From a virus (Duplodnaviria; Caudoviricetes), in IMG/VR virus record IMGVR_UViG_3300027705_000005, positions 36,536-100,535 of that record: a stretch of DNA of 64,000 nucleotides. One strand, 5' to 3'. The notes below the pieces were generated by a model. That model had not been told where the DNA came from and ran no database searches. It saw nothing but the letters and a program-made list of their open reading frames with translations. The translations under genes and the position numbers were made by a program. The first letter of the stretch is position 1. Every line of letters begins with the position of its first letter. This document shows positions 8,752 to 16,751 of this stretch, piece by piece.

Positions 8752-9793
8752 TGTATATGGTACAAATATTCCTGGATCAGACGAAGATTACTTTGATCTT
8801 TATAAATATTCATTGGATGATTATTTGGGTTTAAATTACTCTAGTCAAATAGATTTAAATAGTGATCATGTGCAAATGGAAATAGGAAGATATTGCAGTC
8901 TTTTACTTAAGGGCAGTCCAGTACAAATAGAAACTCTATTTACACCAGAAAAGTACTTTCTATTTAAAGATAAGTCTTTAGATATATTATTTGATAATAA
9001 GAAAGAGTTTTTAACTAAGAAATTAAAAGCTCCATATATTGGATTTATACATAGTCAGTTATCAAAGAGCCAGAACATTACCAAAAGATTAGACTGGGAA
9101 TCCCAAGCTGTGGAAAGACTAGATATACTTGACTTTGTTACTGTTCTTGGAAGGAATGGTAAGACTAAAAGATTTAAAGAATTAATGAATGGTAATTCAT
9201 ATTGGGCATTTAATGAATTTGTATCTGATAAAACTAAAGTTCCTTCTTTAACTCATATTACAGAACAACATTTAGGTTTAGCTAAAGGAGATGCTAAAGA
9301 TATTTATTCAGTTTATTATTTACAAGATAGGTCTGGAGGTTTAATAGGTGAAGATTCTAATGATGTTCAATTAAGAAGTATTCCTAAAGATGCTCCTTTT
9401 ATGTTTCATATTGTTTGTAATCTTTCAGCATATAGTCAACATTGTAAGAAATATAGAGAATATACTGATTGGCTCCTTAAAAGAAATCCACAAAGATACC
9501 AAGCAATTAAAGACACTGGTTCTATTGTAGATCTTAAATTCTTTTATCATACTATTAGATTACTTAATACTGCAATAGAAATATTTAGAGATGGTGAATT
9601 AGTAGTAGATAGAAGAGGTAGAGATGCTGATTATTTAATTAAAATCAGAGAAGGGAAAGTATCATTAGAAGAATTAAATGAAAAAGCAGAACAAGGATTA
9701 AAACTAATAGATGAATTATATTTAACAAGTACATTAAAAGAAGAGCCAAATTATGACTTTGTGGATAATTTATGTAAAACATTAAGAAAATGA
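8717..9793 (+). CDS. Pol-beta superfamily nucleotidyltransferase (RlaP/Nuc-transf-like)
   Basis: KGSNVYGTNIPGSDEDY, GSPVQIETLF, DLKFFYHTIRLL, YLIKIREG. Confidence 0.85.
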   Translation: MEILLKTLKGSNVYGTNIPGSDEDYFDLYKYSLDDYLGLNYSSQIDLNSDHVQMEIGRYCSLLLKGSPVQIETLFTPEKYFLFKDKSLDILFDNKKEFLTKKLKAPYIGFIHSQLSKSQNITKRLDWESQAVERLDILDFVTVLGRNGKTKRFKELMNGNSYWAFNEFVSDKTKVPSLTHITEQHLGLAKGDAKDIYSVYYLQDRSGGLIGEDSNDVQLRSIPKDAPFMFHIVCNLSAYSQHCKKYREYTDWLLKRNPQRYQAIKDTGSIVDLKFFYHTIRLLNTAIEIFRDGELVVDRRGRDADYLIKIREGKVSLEELNEKAEQGLKLIDELYLTSTLKEEPNYDFVDNLCKTLRK

Positions 9794-10059
9794 TAAAAGG
9801 ATTAAAAAATACAATAATAGATTTTATAGAATCTGAAGAAGATTTAGAAATATCAGTTCCAAGATTAGCTATTGAAGAATATGAATTAATATTTGCAGAG
9901 CTTGGATATGAATTAAATAATGATGATGATGACACTAGTACTAATGGTTGGCAAGTAGATTTTTGGTATTCTTTTATTAATGGTAATAAAGAAATAACAT
10001 TGTCAGGATCATTATGGCATGGTGATGATTATTCATTATCAAAAGATGAAGATGAATGA
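9790..10059 (+). CDS. Hypothetical acidic protein
   Basis: 89 aa, coupled; TNGWQVDFW motif. Confidence 0.65.
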   Translation: MIKGLKNTIIDFIESEEDLEISVPRLAIEEYELIFAELGYELNNDDDDTSTNGWQVDFWYSFINGNKEITLSGSLWHGDDYSLSKDEDE

Positions 10060-10406
10060 TACAAACATTTGAATTAAATAGTAAAGTAATATTAATATCT
10101 AATATAGATCCATTAATAGAATACTTTGTACTTAAATTTGATAAACCAAATAGTTTATGGCATAGAGTAGGTAATGGTGAAATATCCATTACTACTTTAC
10201 CAGAAGGACAATGGAAAATAATAGATAGATTAAGAAACTTAGATATTTCTACAGATGATAAGTTTCATAAAGTAGAAGCATTTAGAAAGAAAGTAAAAGA
10301 ATTAACTAAATTAATGAATGAACCAACAGTAGAAAATGTAATTAAATTTGAAAATCTACTAATAATGGAAAGATATGACAGAATTACAATTGAATCACCA
10401 AAGTAA
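10056..10406 (+). CDS. Hypothetical protein
   Basis: 116-aa coupled ORF. Confidence 0.6.
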   Translation: MIQTFELNSKVILISNIDPLIEYFVLKFDKPNSLWHRVGNGEISITTLPEGQWKIIDRLRNLDISTDDKFHKVEAFRKKVKELTKLMNEPTVENVIKFENLLIMERYDRITIESPK

Positions 10407-10695
10407 TGTTAAAGAAATCTTAGATAAGATTAATGAATTGAGTGGACAAAAAGCTTTAGAATATCAAAGAGAAGGAAATCCTTTTCATAATTTTGAAGCT
10501 GGAGGTAGACAATCAGGAAAAGATCCATTAGAAGTATTAAATGGATTTAAACTCAAACATGATGTATCCTACAAAGATATATGTAATGATTTTATGACTG
10601 ATAAACCAGTTAATATAGAACAATTAAAAGAGAAAACAGTAGATATTATTATTTATCACATTTTAGCTTATTCATTAATAAAAGAAAACATATAA
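10375..10695 (+). CDS. Nucleotide-modification-associated (DUF1599/Nmad1-like, MazG-fold) protein
   Basis: K..EY....PFHNFE...KH...EKTVDIIIY pattern. Confidence 0.55.
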   Translation: MTELQLNHQSNVKEILDKINELSGQKALEYQREGNPFHNFEAGGRQSGKDPLEVLNGFKLKHDVSYKDICNDFMTDKPVNIEQLKEKTVDIIIYHILAYSLIKENI

Positions 10696-11537
10696 TGAAA
10701 TTAGTTAAAATAGTTGAATTAGTTTTCTTCTGTGATGATGCTAATGGTGAATATGGATTAACACATGAAGAAACTGTAGATGAAGGGTTTAATGCTTTTT
10801 ATAATGGAATCCAACTCTGGCATGACATAGCAGAACATTCACATGAATATACTCATAAATATTTTAAAGGAAAATATGCAATGAATGTTGGAGGAGAAAT
10901 GGCAGCTATGGGAGCAATGTGGTATTATTATTATGTTTTAGGTGTTTATAATAGATTAACTCCACGTTGGTACTCAGCAGAAGATATAACAAGATTAGGA
11001 ACACAAGATTTAGTTCAAGAAGCAATAACATATGGATATTGTAACTTTGGACATGAATTAGAATGTAATATTCCTTATCAAAAACCTTCTGAGGATGCTT
11101 CTTTAGAATACATTATTGAAGAATTTAATTCTAAAGTTAAAACATTTAGATTTGAAAAACATAAATATTCTTCTAAAGAAGAAAATGAGTATGCTAATCA
11201 ATATAAAAGATCTGTAACTAAAAGTAAAATAGCAAGATTACATAGGTATGGTTATAATATGGCTAAAAGATTAGTTCCTGATTGTTGGCAAAATACAGAA
11301 ACAATAATTAATTTTATAACATTCTGGAATGAGTTTTGTAAGAATAATCCAGCAGAAGAATTACAACAATTTTATAAAGGTGTTACTTTTAGAATATATA
11401 AAAATAAAGGAATAATACATTGGACAGCTACTTTAATACCTATTTATAGAAATGATATAAAACAAATTAAATTGAATAAAGAATCAAATACACAAACAAT
11501 GGAAATAATGGATTATTACTTAACAAATGAATATTAA
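10695..11537 (+). CDS. Hypothetical protein with possible metal-binding HDxxEH motif
   Basis: WHDIAEHSHE...GEMAAMG. Confidence 0.65.
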   Translation: MKLVKIVELVFFCDDANGEYGLTHEETVDEGFNAFYNGIQLWHDIAEHSHEYTHKYFKGKYAMNVGGEMAAMGAMWYYYYVLGVYNRLTPRWYSAEDITRLGTQDLVQEAITYGYCNFGHELECNIPYQKPSEDASLEYIIEEFNSKVKTFRFEKHKYSSKEENEYANQYKRSVTKSKIARLHRYGYNMAKRLVPDCWQNTETIINFITFWNEFCKNNPAEELQQFYKGVTFRIYKNKGIIHWTATLIPIYRNDIKQIKLNKESNTQTMEIMDYYLTNEY

Positions 11538-11540
11538 ATT

Positions 11541-12140
11541 ATGATTATATCTTATGAAAAATTTGTAGATGATTTTGAACCTTATACTAATACAATGTCT
11601 GATGATAGGGGATATAATAATACAATGTATGAAACATTTTCTCCAGAAATAGATCATGTTAAAGCACAAAATCCAGAATATATATGGACATTAATTGATG
11701 GAGAAAACAATAACTCCTGGATTATTCCTGGATTTCATTTTGTTAATAGACTTGGTTATTTCATAACCAAAAATCCTTGGACAGATGAAGATCTTTTAGT
11801 TAATGATAATGAGTTAATACCTGTTAATAAATGTCCAGAATTAGGATTTGACTTTATAGAAAAAGTTTTAAGTATTAATAGAATAACAATTAAGGACAAT
11901 TGGATGTTATCTATGAAATTTACTGCTTTCTACATGGCTGAATATGCAGAAGATGATGGATGCATGGCATTCTATATTACAGAAAATGATTTTAAAGCAG
12001 TTTTAACAGAGTATATAGAGGATGTATTAGGATTTGAATCTGATACCTTTGATGACTTATTAGCTGATTATCAAATTAATTATGCAGAAAATACTATTAA
12101 TATTAGGACTATTACTCTTAATCCCTCTTCGGGTAAGTAA
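11541..12140 (+). CDS. Hypothetical protein
   Basis: 199-aa ORF; YIWTLIDG...GFHFVNRLGYFIT block. Confidence 0.65.
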   Translation: MIISYEKFVDDFEPYTNTMSDDRGYNNTMYETFSPEIDHVKAQNPEYIWTLIDGENNNSWIIPGFHFVNRLGYFITKNPWTDEDLLVNDNELIPVNKCPELGFDFIEKVLSINRITIKDNWMLSMKFTAFYMAEYAEDDGCMAFYITENDFKAVLTEYIEDVLGFESDTFDDLLADYQINYAENTINIRTITLNPSSGK

Positions 12141-12498
12141 AAGTAATAAGACAATTATAATAACGGAACCATCAAGAGTTGATATAAAGCTCTTAGCAAG
12201 ATTATTAGAATCTGAATGTTCTATCTGTCCAGTATCAGAGAAAAAGCTTGTAGGAGCTACTGTATTGAATAGAATAGGACATTCAGATTTTCCTGATGAT
12301 CTTAAATCTGTTATTAATCAAAAAAATCAATATTATATTACTGATCAAAAACCAAGTAAAGAATCTTTTATTATTGCAAGAGATTTACTTAACTGTGGTA
12401 AAAGAAATCAAAAAATATTGTATTTTTACAAACCAGGAAATGGATTTAAAAGAAAAAATGTAATGTATAAAACAAAATATCATCACTATGCAACTTAA
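12082..12498 (+). CDS. SleB/Hydrolase_2 cell-wall hydrolase with N-terminal signal or anchor
   Basis: LLARLLESE...VGATVLNR...FPDDLKSVINQKNQY; hydrophobic N-terminus. Confidence 0.85.
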   Translation: MQKILLILGLLLLIPLRVSKSNKTIIITEPSRVDIKLLARLLESECSICPVSEKKLVGATVLNRIGHSDFPDDLKSVINQKNQYYITDQKPSKESFIIARDLLNCGKRNQKILYFYKPGNGFKRKNVMYKTKYHHYAT

Positions 12499-12628
12499 AG
12501 AATATTTGAATTTATTTAACCAAATGACTTTAATTGAGAAAATTATACAAATATTAGGTACACAATTTTTAATTGGATTTTTTCTTCTTGGTTTCTACTT
12601 AGTATATAATGTTATAAAAAAGAATTAA
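12488..12628 (+). CDS. Small membrane protein (46 aa)
   Basis: MQLKEYLNLF...QILGTQFLIGFFLLGFYLVYNVIKKN; one TM-like stretch; TAATG-coupled to the next ORF. Confidence 0.55.
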   Translation: MQLKEYLNLFNQMTLIEKIIQILGTQFLIGFFLLGFYLVYNVIKKN

Positions 12629-12772
12629 TGGGAGCTTTACATAAAATATTAACTGAAATGTTAAATAGAATATTATATAATAAAAAAAGCTTCTGATAAC
12701 AGAATATCAAATCTTGAAAAGAGAGTTAAAAATCTGGAAAGAATAGTTAAAAATATTACTAGAACTGAATGA
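12628..12772 (+). pseudogene. Small coiled-coil ORF frameshifted at an A7 run
   Basis: MGALHKILTEMLNRILYNKK continues as ASDNRISNLEKRVKNLERIVKNITRTE* if the A7 at 12682-12688 is read as A6; that stop is ATGA-coupled to the next ORF. Confidence 0.5.
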
Positions 12773-12915
12773 AAGATAACAAACTAAAACATAAAAATAA
12801 GACCAGGATGATGAATCCTAATGGTGGATACAAAAGACAACAGGAAGAACATAAATTAGATAAACATAAAGAAAAGTATAAATTTAATAAAAATAAAATA
12901 GATGAAGAAGAATAA
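12769..12915 (+). CDS. Small basic/charged protein (48 aa)
   Basis: MKDNKLKHKNKTRMMNPNGGYKRQQEEH...DEEE*; overlaps both neighbours. Confidence 0.5.
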   Translation: MKDNKLKHKNKTRMMNPNGGYKRQQEEHKLDKHKEKYKFNKNKIDEEE

Positions 12916-13612
12916 TCTCCTACATGTATCTGACACCCATGCCCAAGAATTATCATTAATTATTCCAGATAATATAGATATTATATGTCATACGGGAGAT
13001 GAAAGTAATTATTGGCAAGTAGCATTAAATGAAAATGAATTTTTTAATTTTATAGATTGGTATTCTAAACTTAATATAAAACATAAATTATTTATTCCAG
13101 GTAATCATTCTTCTTATGTTTATAAATATGAAAAAGAAGCAAGAAGAATTTGTAAAGAAAATAATATTATCTTTTTACATAAAGAGGAAATTACAATAAA
13201 TGGATTAAAATATTATGGTGATGCAACTACTCCTACTTTTGGAGAATGGTTTTATATGTGTAATAGAGGAACAATAGTAAGACATTGGGAACAAATACCT
13301 GATGATACAAATGTACTACTAGTACATGGTCCTGCTAAGAATACATTAGATCTTTCTTTTGATAGAATGAATAACTTAGAATTTTGTGGTTGTAGTGCTT
13401 TAGCTAAAAGAATTAATAATCTTAAAGATATAAAATTAGTGTTAAATGGTCATATTCATAACATGAGATCTTGTAATAATCAAGGAGTATTATATAGAAA
13501 TGGAGTAATATATTCTAATGCTAGTTGTGTTACAGATGGTATAATAGAAAGTGGAGTTACTAGTCATGGTAATTTATTTGAAATTAATAATAAAGAAATA
13601 AAAATAATATGA
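12902..13612 (+). CDS. Calcineurin-like metallophosphoesterase (MPPED-like)
   Basis: SDTH, HTGD, PGNH, VHGP, GHIH motifs. Confidence 0.9.
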   Translation: MKKNNLLHVSDTHAQELSLIIPDNIDIICHTGDESNYWQVALNENEFFNFIDWYSKLNIKHKLFIPGNHSSYVYKYEKEARRICKENNIIFLHKEEITINGLKYYGDATTPTFGEWFYMCNRGTIVRHWEQIPDDTNVLLVHGPAKNTLDLSFDRMNNLEFCGCSALAKRINNLKDIKLVLNGHIHNMRSCNNQGVLYRNGVIYSNASCVTDGIIESGVTSHGNLFEINNKEIKII

Positions 13613-14253
13613 AAGTAGAATTATTATCTCATTTTGGAGATGATTTAATGGTTGCTAATTGTGCAAGAGTTAGCTATGGAAAAAGTAAAATTAAATTAGA
13701 TGATAAAGATTCTAAATTAATTAAATATTTAGTTGAACATAAACATACAGCTCCTTTTAGACATCCACAATTACAATTTAGAATAACTTGTCCTATATAT
13801 GTAGAAAGACAATTATTTAAACATCAAGTAGGAATGTCAGCTAATAGTATTAGTGGAAGATATGTTGATTTTAGTGATAGTTATACTACTATTTCAGAAT
13901 GGAGAAAACAATCCATAAATAGTAAACAAGGAAGTGATGGAGTATTAAATCCTTTTGAACAAGATATGGCTAATAAAATACAAGAGGATGTAATTAATTA
14001 TTGTAAATTTAGATATGATCAATTAATAGAACTTGATGTATCTAAAGAACAAGCTAGATCTGTTTTACCTTTAAACCTAAATACAACATTTATATGGACT
14101 GGGAGTATTTTATCTTTTATTCATTTGTTTAATTTAAGATTAAAACCAGATGCTCAAGCAGAGACAAGAAATGTTGCAATGTTAATGTTAGATTGTATTA
14201 AGTCCATTGAAGGAAATTCATTTAAAAATACATTAAAAGCTTTTGGAATATGA
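13609..14253 (+). CDS. thyX: Flavin-dependent thymidylate synthase
   Basis: ARVSY, HTAPFRH, RQLFKHQVGMSANSISGRY, KEQARSVLP, LRL...AQAET. Confidence 0.93.
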   Translation: MKVELLSHFGDDLMVANCARVSYGKSKIKLDDKDSKLIKYLVEHKHTAPFRHPQLQFRITCPIYVERQLFKHQVGMSANSISGRYVDFSDSYTTISEWRKQSINSKQGSDGVLNPFEQDMANKIQEDVINYCKFRYDQLIELDVSKEQARSVLPLNLNTTFIWTGSILSFIHLFNLRLKPDAQAETRNVAMLMLDCIKSIEGNSFKNTLKAFGI

Positions 14254-14477
14254 ATAATAGAAGTTTAAGCAGAGATGCAGATAATATTAAATCTAGTGTT
14301 GAAGATGTTATAGATAATTTAATATCTGAAATAGAAGATTTAGAAGAACAAGTTAGAAAACTAACAGATGAAATTGAAGAATCAGATAATCAAATAAATA
14401 GATTAGAAGATAAAGTTTTAGAATTACAAGAAGAAATAGATCAAAATTATTCAGATAATTATAGAAGAAATGATTAA
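14250..14477 (+). CDS. Acidic coiled-coil protein
   Basis: Heptad-rich 75 aa, coupled to thyX and to the aaRS-like gene. Confidence 0.65.
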   Translation: MNNRSLSRDADNIKSSVEDVIDNLISEIEDLEEQVRKLTDEIEESDNQINRLEDKVLELQEEIDQNYSDNYRRND

Positions 14478-15030
14478 TTATAAAATTATTAATGATTCAA
14501 TTGCATATTATAATAATTGGGGATTTGAAAGAATAGAAGTTCCTTGGACAGTATCTGAATATGTTGAAAATTTAACTAAACCTAAAGAGGCAGTAAGTTG
14601 TAAATTACAATATAATGATAAATGTTTAGTTGGATCTGGAGAACAATCTTTCTTATATTTGTATCTTAAAGAGTTTTTACCTAAAGGTCAATACCAAGCG
14701 GTTACTCCTTGTTTTAGATTTGAAAATTATGATTACCTTCATAATAAATACTTTATTAAAAATGAGTTAATTAAAACAGATATAGTTAATCATAATGAAT
14801 TAGTACATATTGTAGATCATTGCTTAAAATTCTTTAGAAATTATTTACCAGATTGTGTATCTATAGTTACAGAACAAGGATTTGATATTGAATGGAATGG
14901 TTATGAACTTGGTAGTTATGGTATAAGGAAGAATGAATTTCTTGAATACATTTATGCAACTGGTGTAGCAGAACCAAGATTAAGTAAATTAATAAATATA
15001 AAGAATGGGATATCACATAAAGAAGATTGA
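14470..15030 (+). CDS. Stand-alone class II aminoacyl-tRNA synthetase-like catalytic domain
   Basis: Motif 1 GFERIEVPW, GSGEQ, motif 2 PCFRFE...H..YF.K.EL, ELGSYG, motif 3 TGVAEPRL; no anticodon-binding domain. Confidence 0.78.
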   Translation: MINYKIINDSIAYYNNWGFERIEVPWTVSEYVENLTKPKEAVSCKLQYNDKCLVGSGEQSFLYLYLKEFLPKGQYQAVTPCFRFENYDYLHNKYFIKNELIKTDIVNHNELVHIVDHCLKFFRNYLPDCVSIVTEQGFDIEWNGYELGSYGIRKNEFLEYIYATGVAEPRLSKLINIKNGISHKED

Positions 15031-15250
15031 GAAAGGAGAGTACGGCACATTCTCTAAGATTAAAGAAGAATTTGAAGAGTTTGAAGATGCTGTTAATCAA
15101 CAAGATGCTATTCTACAACTTATAGAACTTAGTGATTTAATTGGAGCAATTGAAGAATATATAAGACCTCAAGGATTTATAATAAAAGATTTAATTGACT
15201 TCTCTGATAAAACTAAATCTGCTTTTGTAGATGGAAGTAGAACAAAATAA
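15005..15250 (+). CDS. Small MazG/HisE-like NTP pyrophosphohydrolase
   Basis: KIKEEFEEF...IELSDLIGAI. Confidence 0.7.
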   Translation: MGYHIKKIEKGEYGTFSKIKEEFEEFEDAVNQQDAILQLIELSDLIGAIEEYIRPQGFIIKDLIDFSDKTKSAFVDGSRTK

Positions 15251-15259
15251 ACAAAAAAT

Positions 15260-15790
15260 ATGGATTTAACAAAAGTAACAAATTTAGAAGAAAGTAAATA
15301 TCTTTCTGAAATGACATTTCCATGTGCAATGGATGCTAAAGCTGGATATTGGATAAATGCATCTAACGGAGAATATGAATTTATAAATTCAGAAGAAGGT
15401 GAAACTGTTCACAAGGAAGGTAGTCTTTGTTGGAGAGATATATCTGACACATATCCTGCATATTATTATAACAAAATATCCAAAGAACCATTAATTAAAT
15501 ATACTAAATCAATTAGATATGGTTATTTATCTAAGAATTTTAATGTTGGAGAAATATATGCTAAATGTTTAGAATCAACCCCAACTAAAACTAAAAAATC
15601 TAAATATATAACGCAAGAATCATACACAATAGATCATCTAACAGTAGAAATATTTAGAGATAACATTCAACCTCTTAGCACACCAAGAATTGAAATTTAT
15701 AAAGATTGGAAATTAATAATTAAAGGAGGAATTATTAGAGATAATGAAGAATGGGGATATGTATTTCAAGAAGATATTCCATTTTTTTAA
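15260..15790 (+). CDS. Hypothetical protein
   Basis: 176-aa ORF. Confidence 0.65.
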   Translation: MDLTKVTNLEESKYLSEMTFPCAMDAKAGYWINASNGEYEFINSEEGETVHKEGSLCWRDISDTYPAYYYNKISKEPLIKYTKSIRYGYLSKNFNVGEIYAKCLESTPTKTKKSKYITQESYTIDHLTVEIFRDNIQPLSTPRIEIYKDWKLIIKGGIIRDNEEWGYVFQEDIPFF

Positions 15791-15853
15791 TATAAAAAAT
15801 AGATAAAATAATATTTTTTAGCAATATTGCAATTACCATGAAAAATAAAGAAA

Positions 15854-16111
15854 ATGGTAACAAGTTTTAACAGAAAGGATCTAGTGTCTTTTGGAAATTA
15901 TTTATTAAGTGAAGAAAGAAGAGAATTATTTAAACAACATCCTGATCTTGGTGAAAATCAATTAGAGGAGAGACTGGCTAATGTTCATCATGCAGATTTT
16001 TCCAATTGGATGTATAAAGTAACAAAAGGAAATACTGATTATTTATTTGAAGATATTAAATATCCTGTATCTACATTTGGTGAAATAATTAAAATAGAAG
16101 TAATCAAATGA
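15854..16111 (+). CDS. Hypothetical protein
   Basis: 85 aa; FN.KDLVSFGNYLLSEER...VHHADFSNW. Confidence 0.65.
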   Translation: MVTSFNRKDLVSFGNYLLSEERRELFKQHPDLGENQLEERLANVHHADFSNWMYKVTKGNTDYLFEDIKYPVSTFGEIIKIEVIK

Positions 16112-16338
16112 CAGTTTATTATGTAATTAAAAAATGTCCTGGAGATATTTATTTTACAGGAGATAATTGGGATTTTGATTTTTGGAATGCTGAAAGATAC
16201 AATTCTTATGATAATGCACAAAGAGTTGTAACTAAAGGATTATATCCAGAAAATACATATGAAACAAATATTTTTCAACAAAAACTAACATTTAGATTAG
16301 CAGTTGAAATAAAGAAAATCTATTCTAACTTATGTTAG
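16108..16338 (+). CDS. Hypothetical protein
   Basis: 76-aa coupled ORF. Confidence 0.6.
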   Translation: MTVYYVIKKCPGDIYFTGDNWDFDFWNAERYNSYDNAQRVVTKGLYPENTYETNIFQQKLTFRLAVEIKKIYSNLC

Positions 16339-16691
16339 TTAAGATTGGAACTAGTAGAATTGTATTTTTAATTAATAAATATGCTATAAAAATAGCAAAT
16401 TTCAGAAATGGTCAACAATTATTTATTTATGGTTGTTATGGAAATATTTCAGAAAGAAAATATTATAAACAACATAGTAAAGTAGATTATAATGACAATA
16501 TGGTAGAATATATAGCACCATCTTTATTTTGTTCTTGGTTTGGATTAATACAAATTCAAATAAGAGCAGAACCATTAACAAGAAAAATGAGTAATAAAGA
16601 ATTTAACTTCTTCAGAAATTTAACTACTGATAATAAAGAAGAAAATTTTGGAATAATTAACAATAAAATTGTTTGTATAGATTATGTATAA
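16332..16691 (+). CDS. Minimal protein-kinase-like protein
   Basis: GTSRIV...AIK, N..E, DNKEENFG (catalytic-loop-like), IDY (DFG-like). Confidence 0.6.
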   Translation: MLVKIGTSRIVFLINKYAIKIANFRNGQQLFIYGCYGNISERKYYKQHSKVDYNDNMVEYIAPSLFCSWFGLIQIQIRAEPLTRKMSNKEFNFFRNLTTDNKEENFGIINNKIVCIDYV

Positions 16692-16695
16692 TTAT

Positions 16696-16730
16696 AAAAA
16701 GGAAAGTAAATAAATTTACTTTCCTTTTTT
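16696..16730. terminator. Bidirectional terminator between the convergent genome arms
   Basis: AAAAAGGAAAGTAAAT-aa-ATTTACTTTCCTTTTT inverted repeat with A/T tails at the strand switch. Confidence 0.9.
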
Positions 16731-16751
16731 ATTGTCTCTTTTTTTTACTAG

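Noticed and set aside
1973-16221. Short - strand ORFs in the + arm (1973, 5268, 7809, 8511, 9645, 9977, 12759, 14867, 16039)
   Set aside because: Antisense shadows of well-supported coupled genes; L/I/S/F-rich with no motifs
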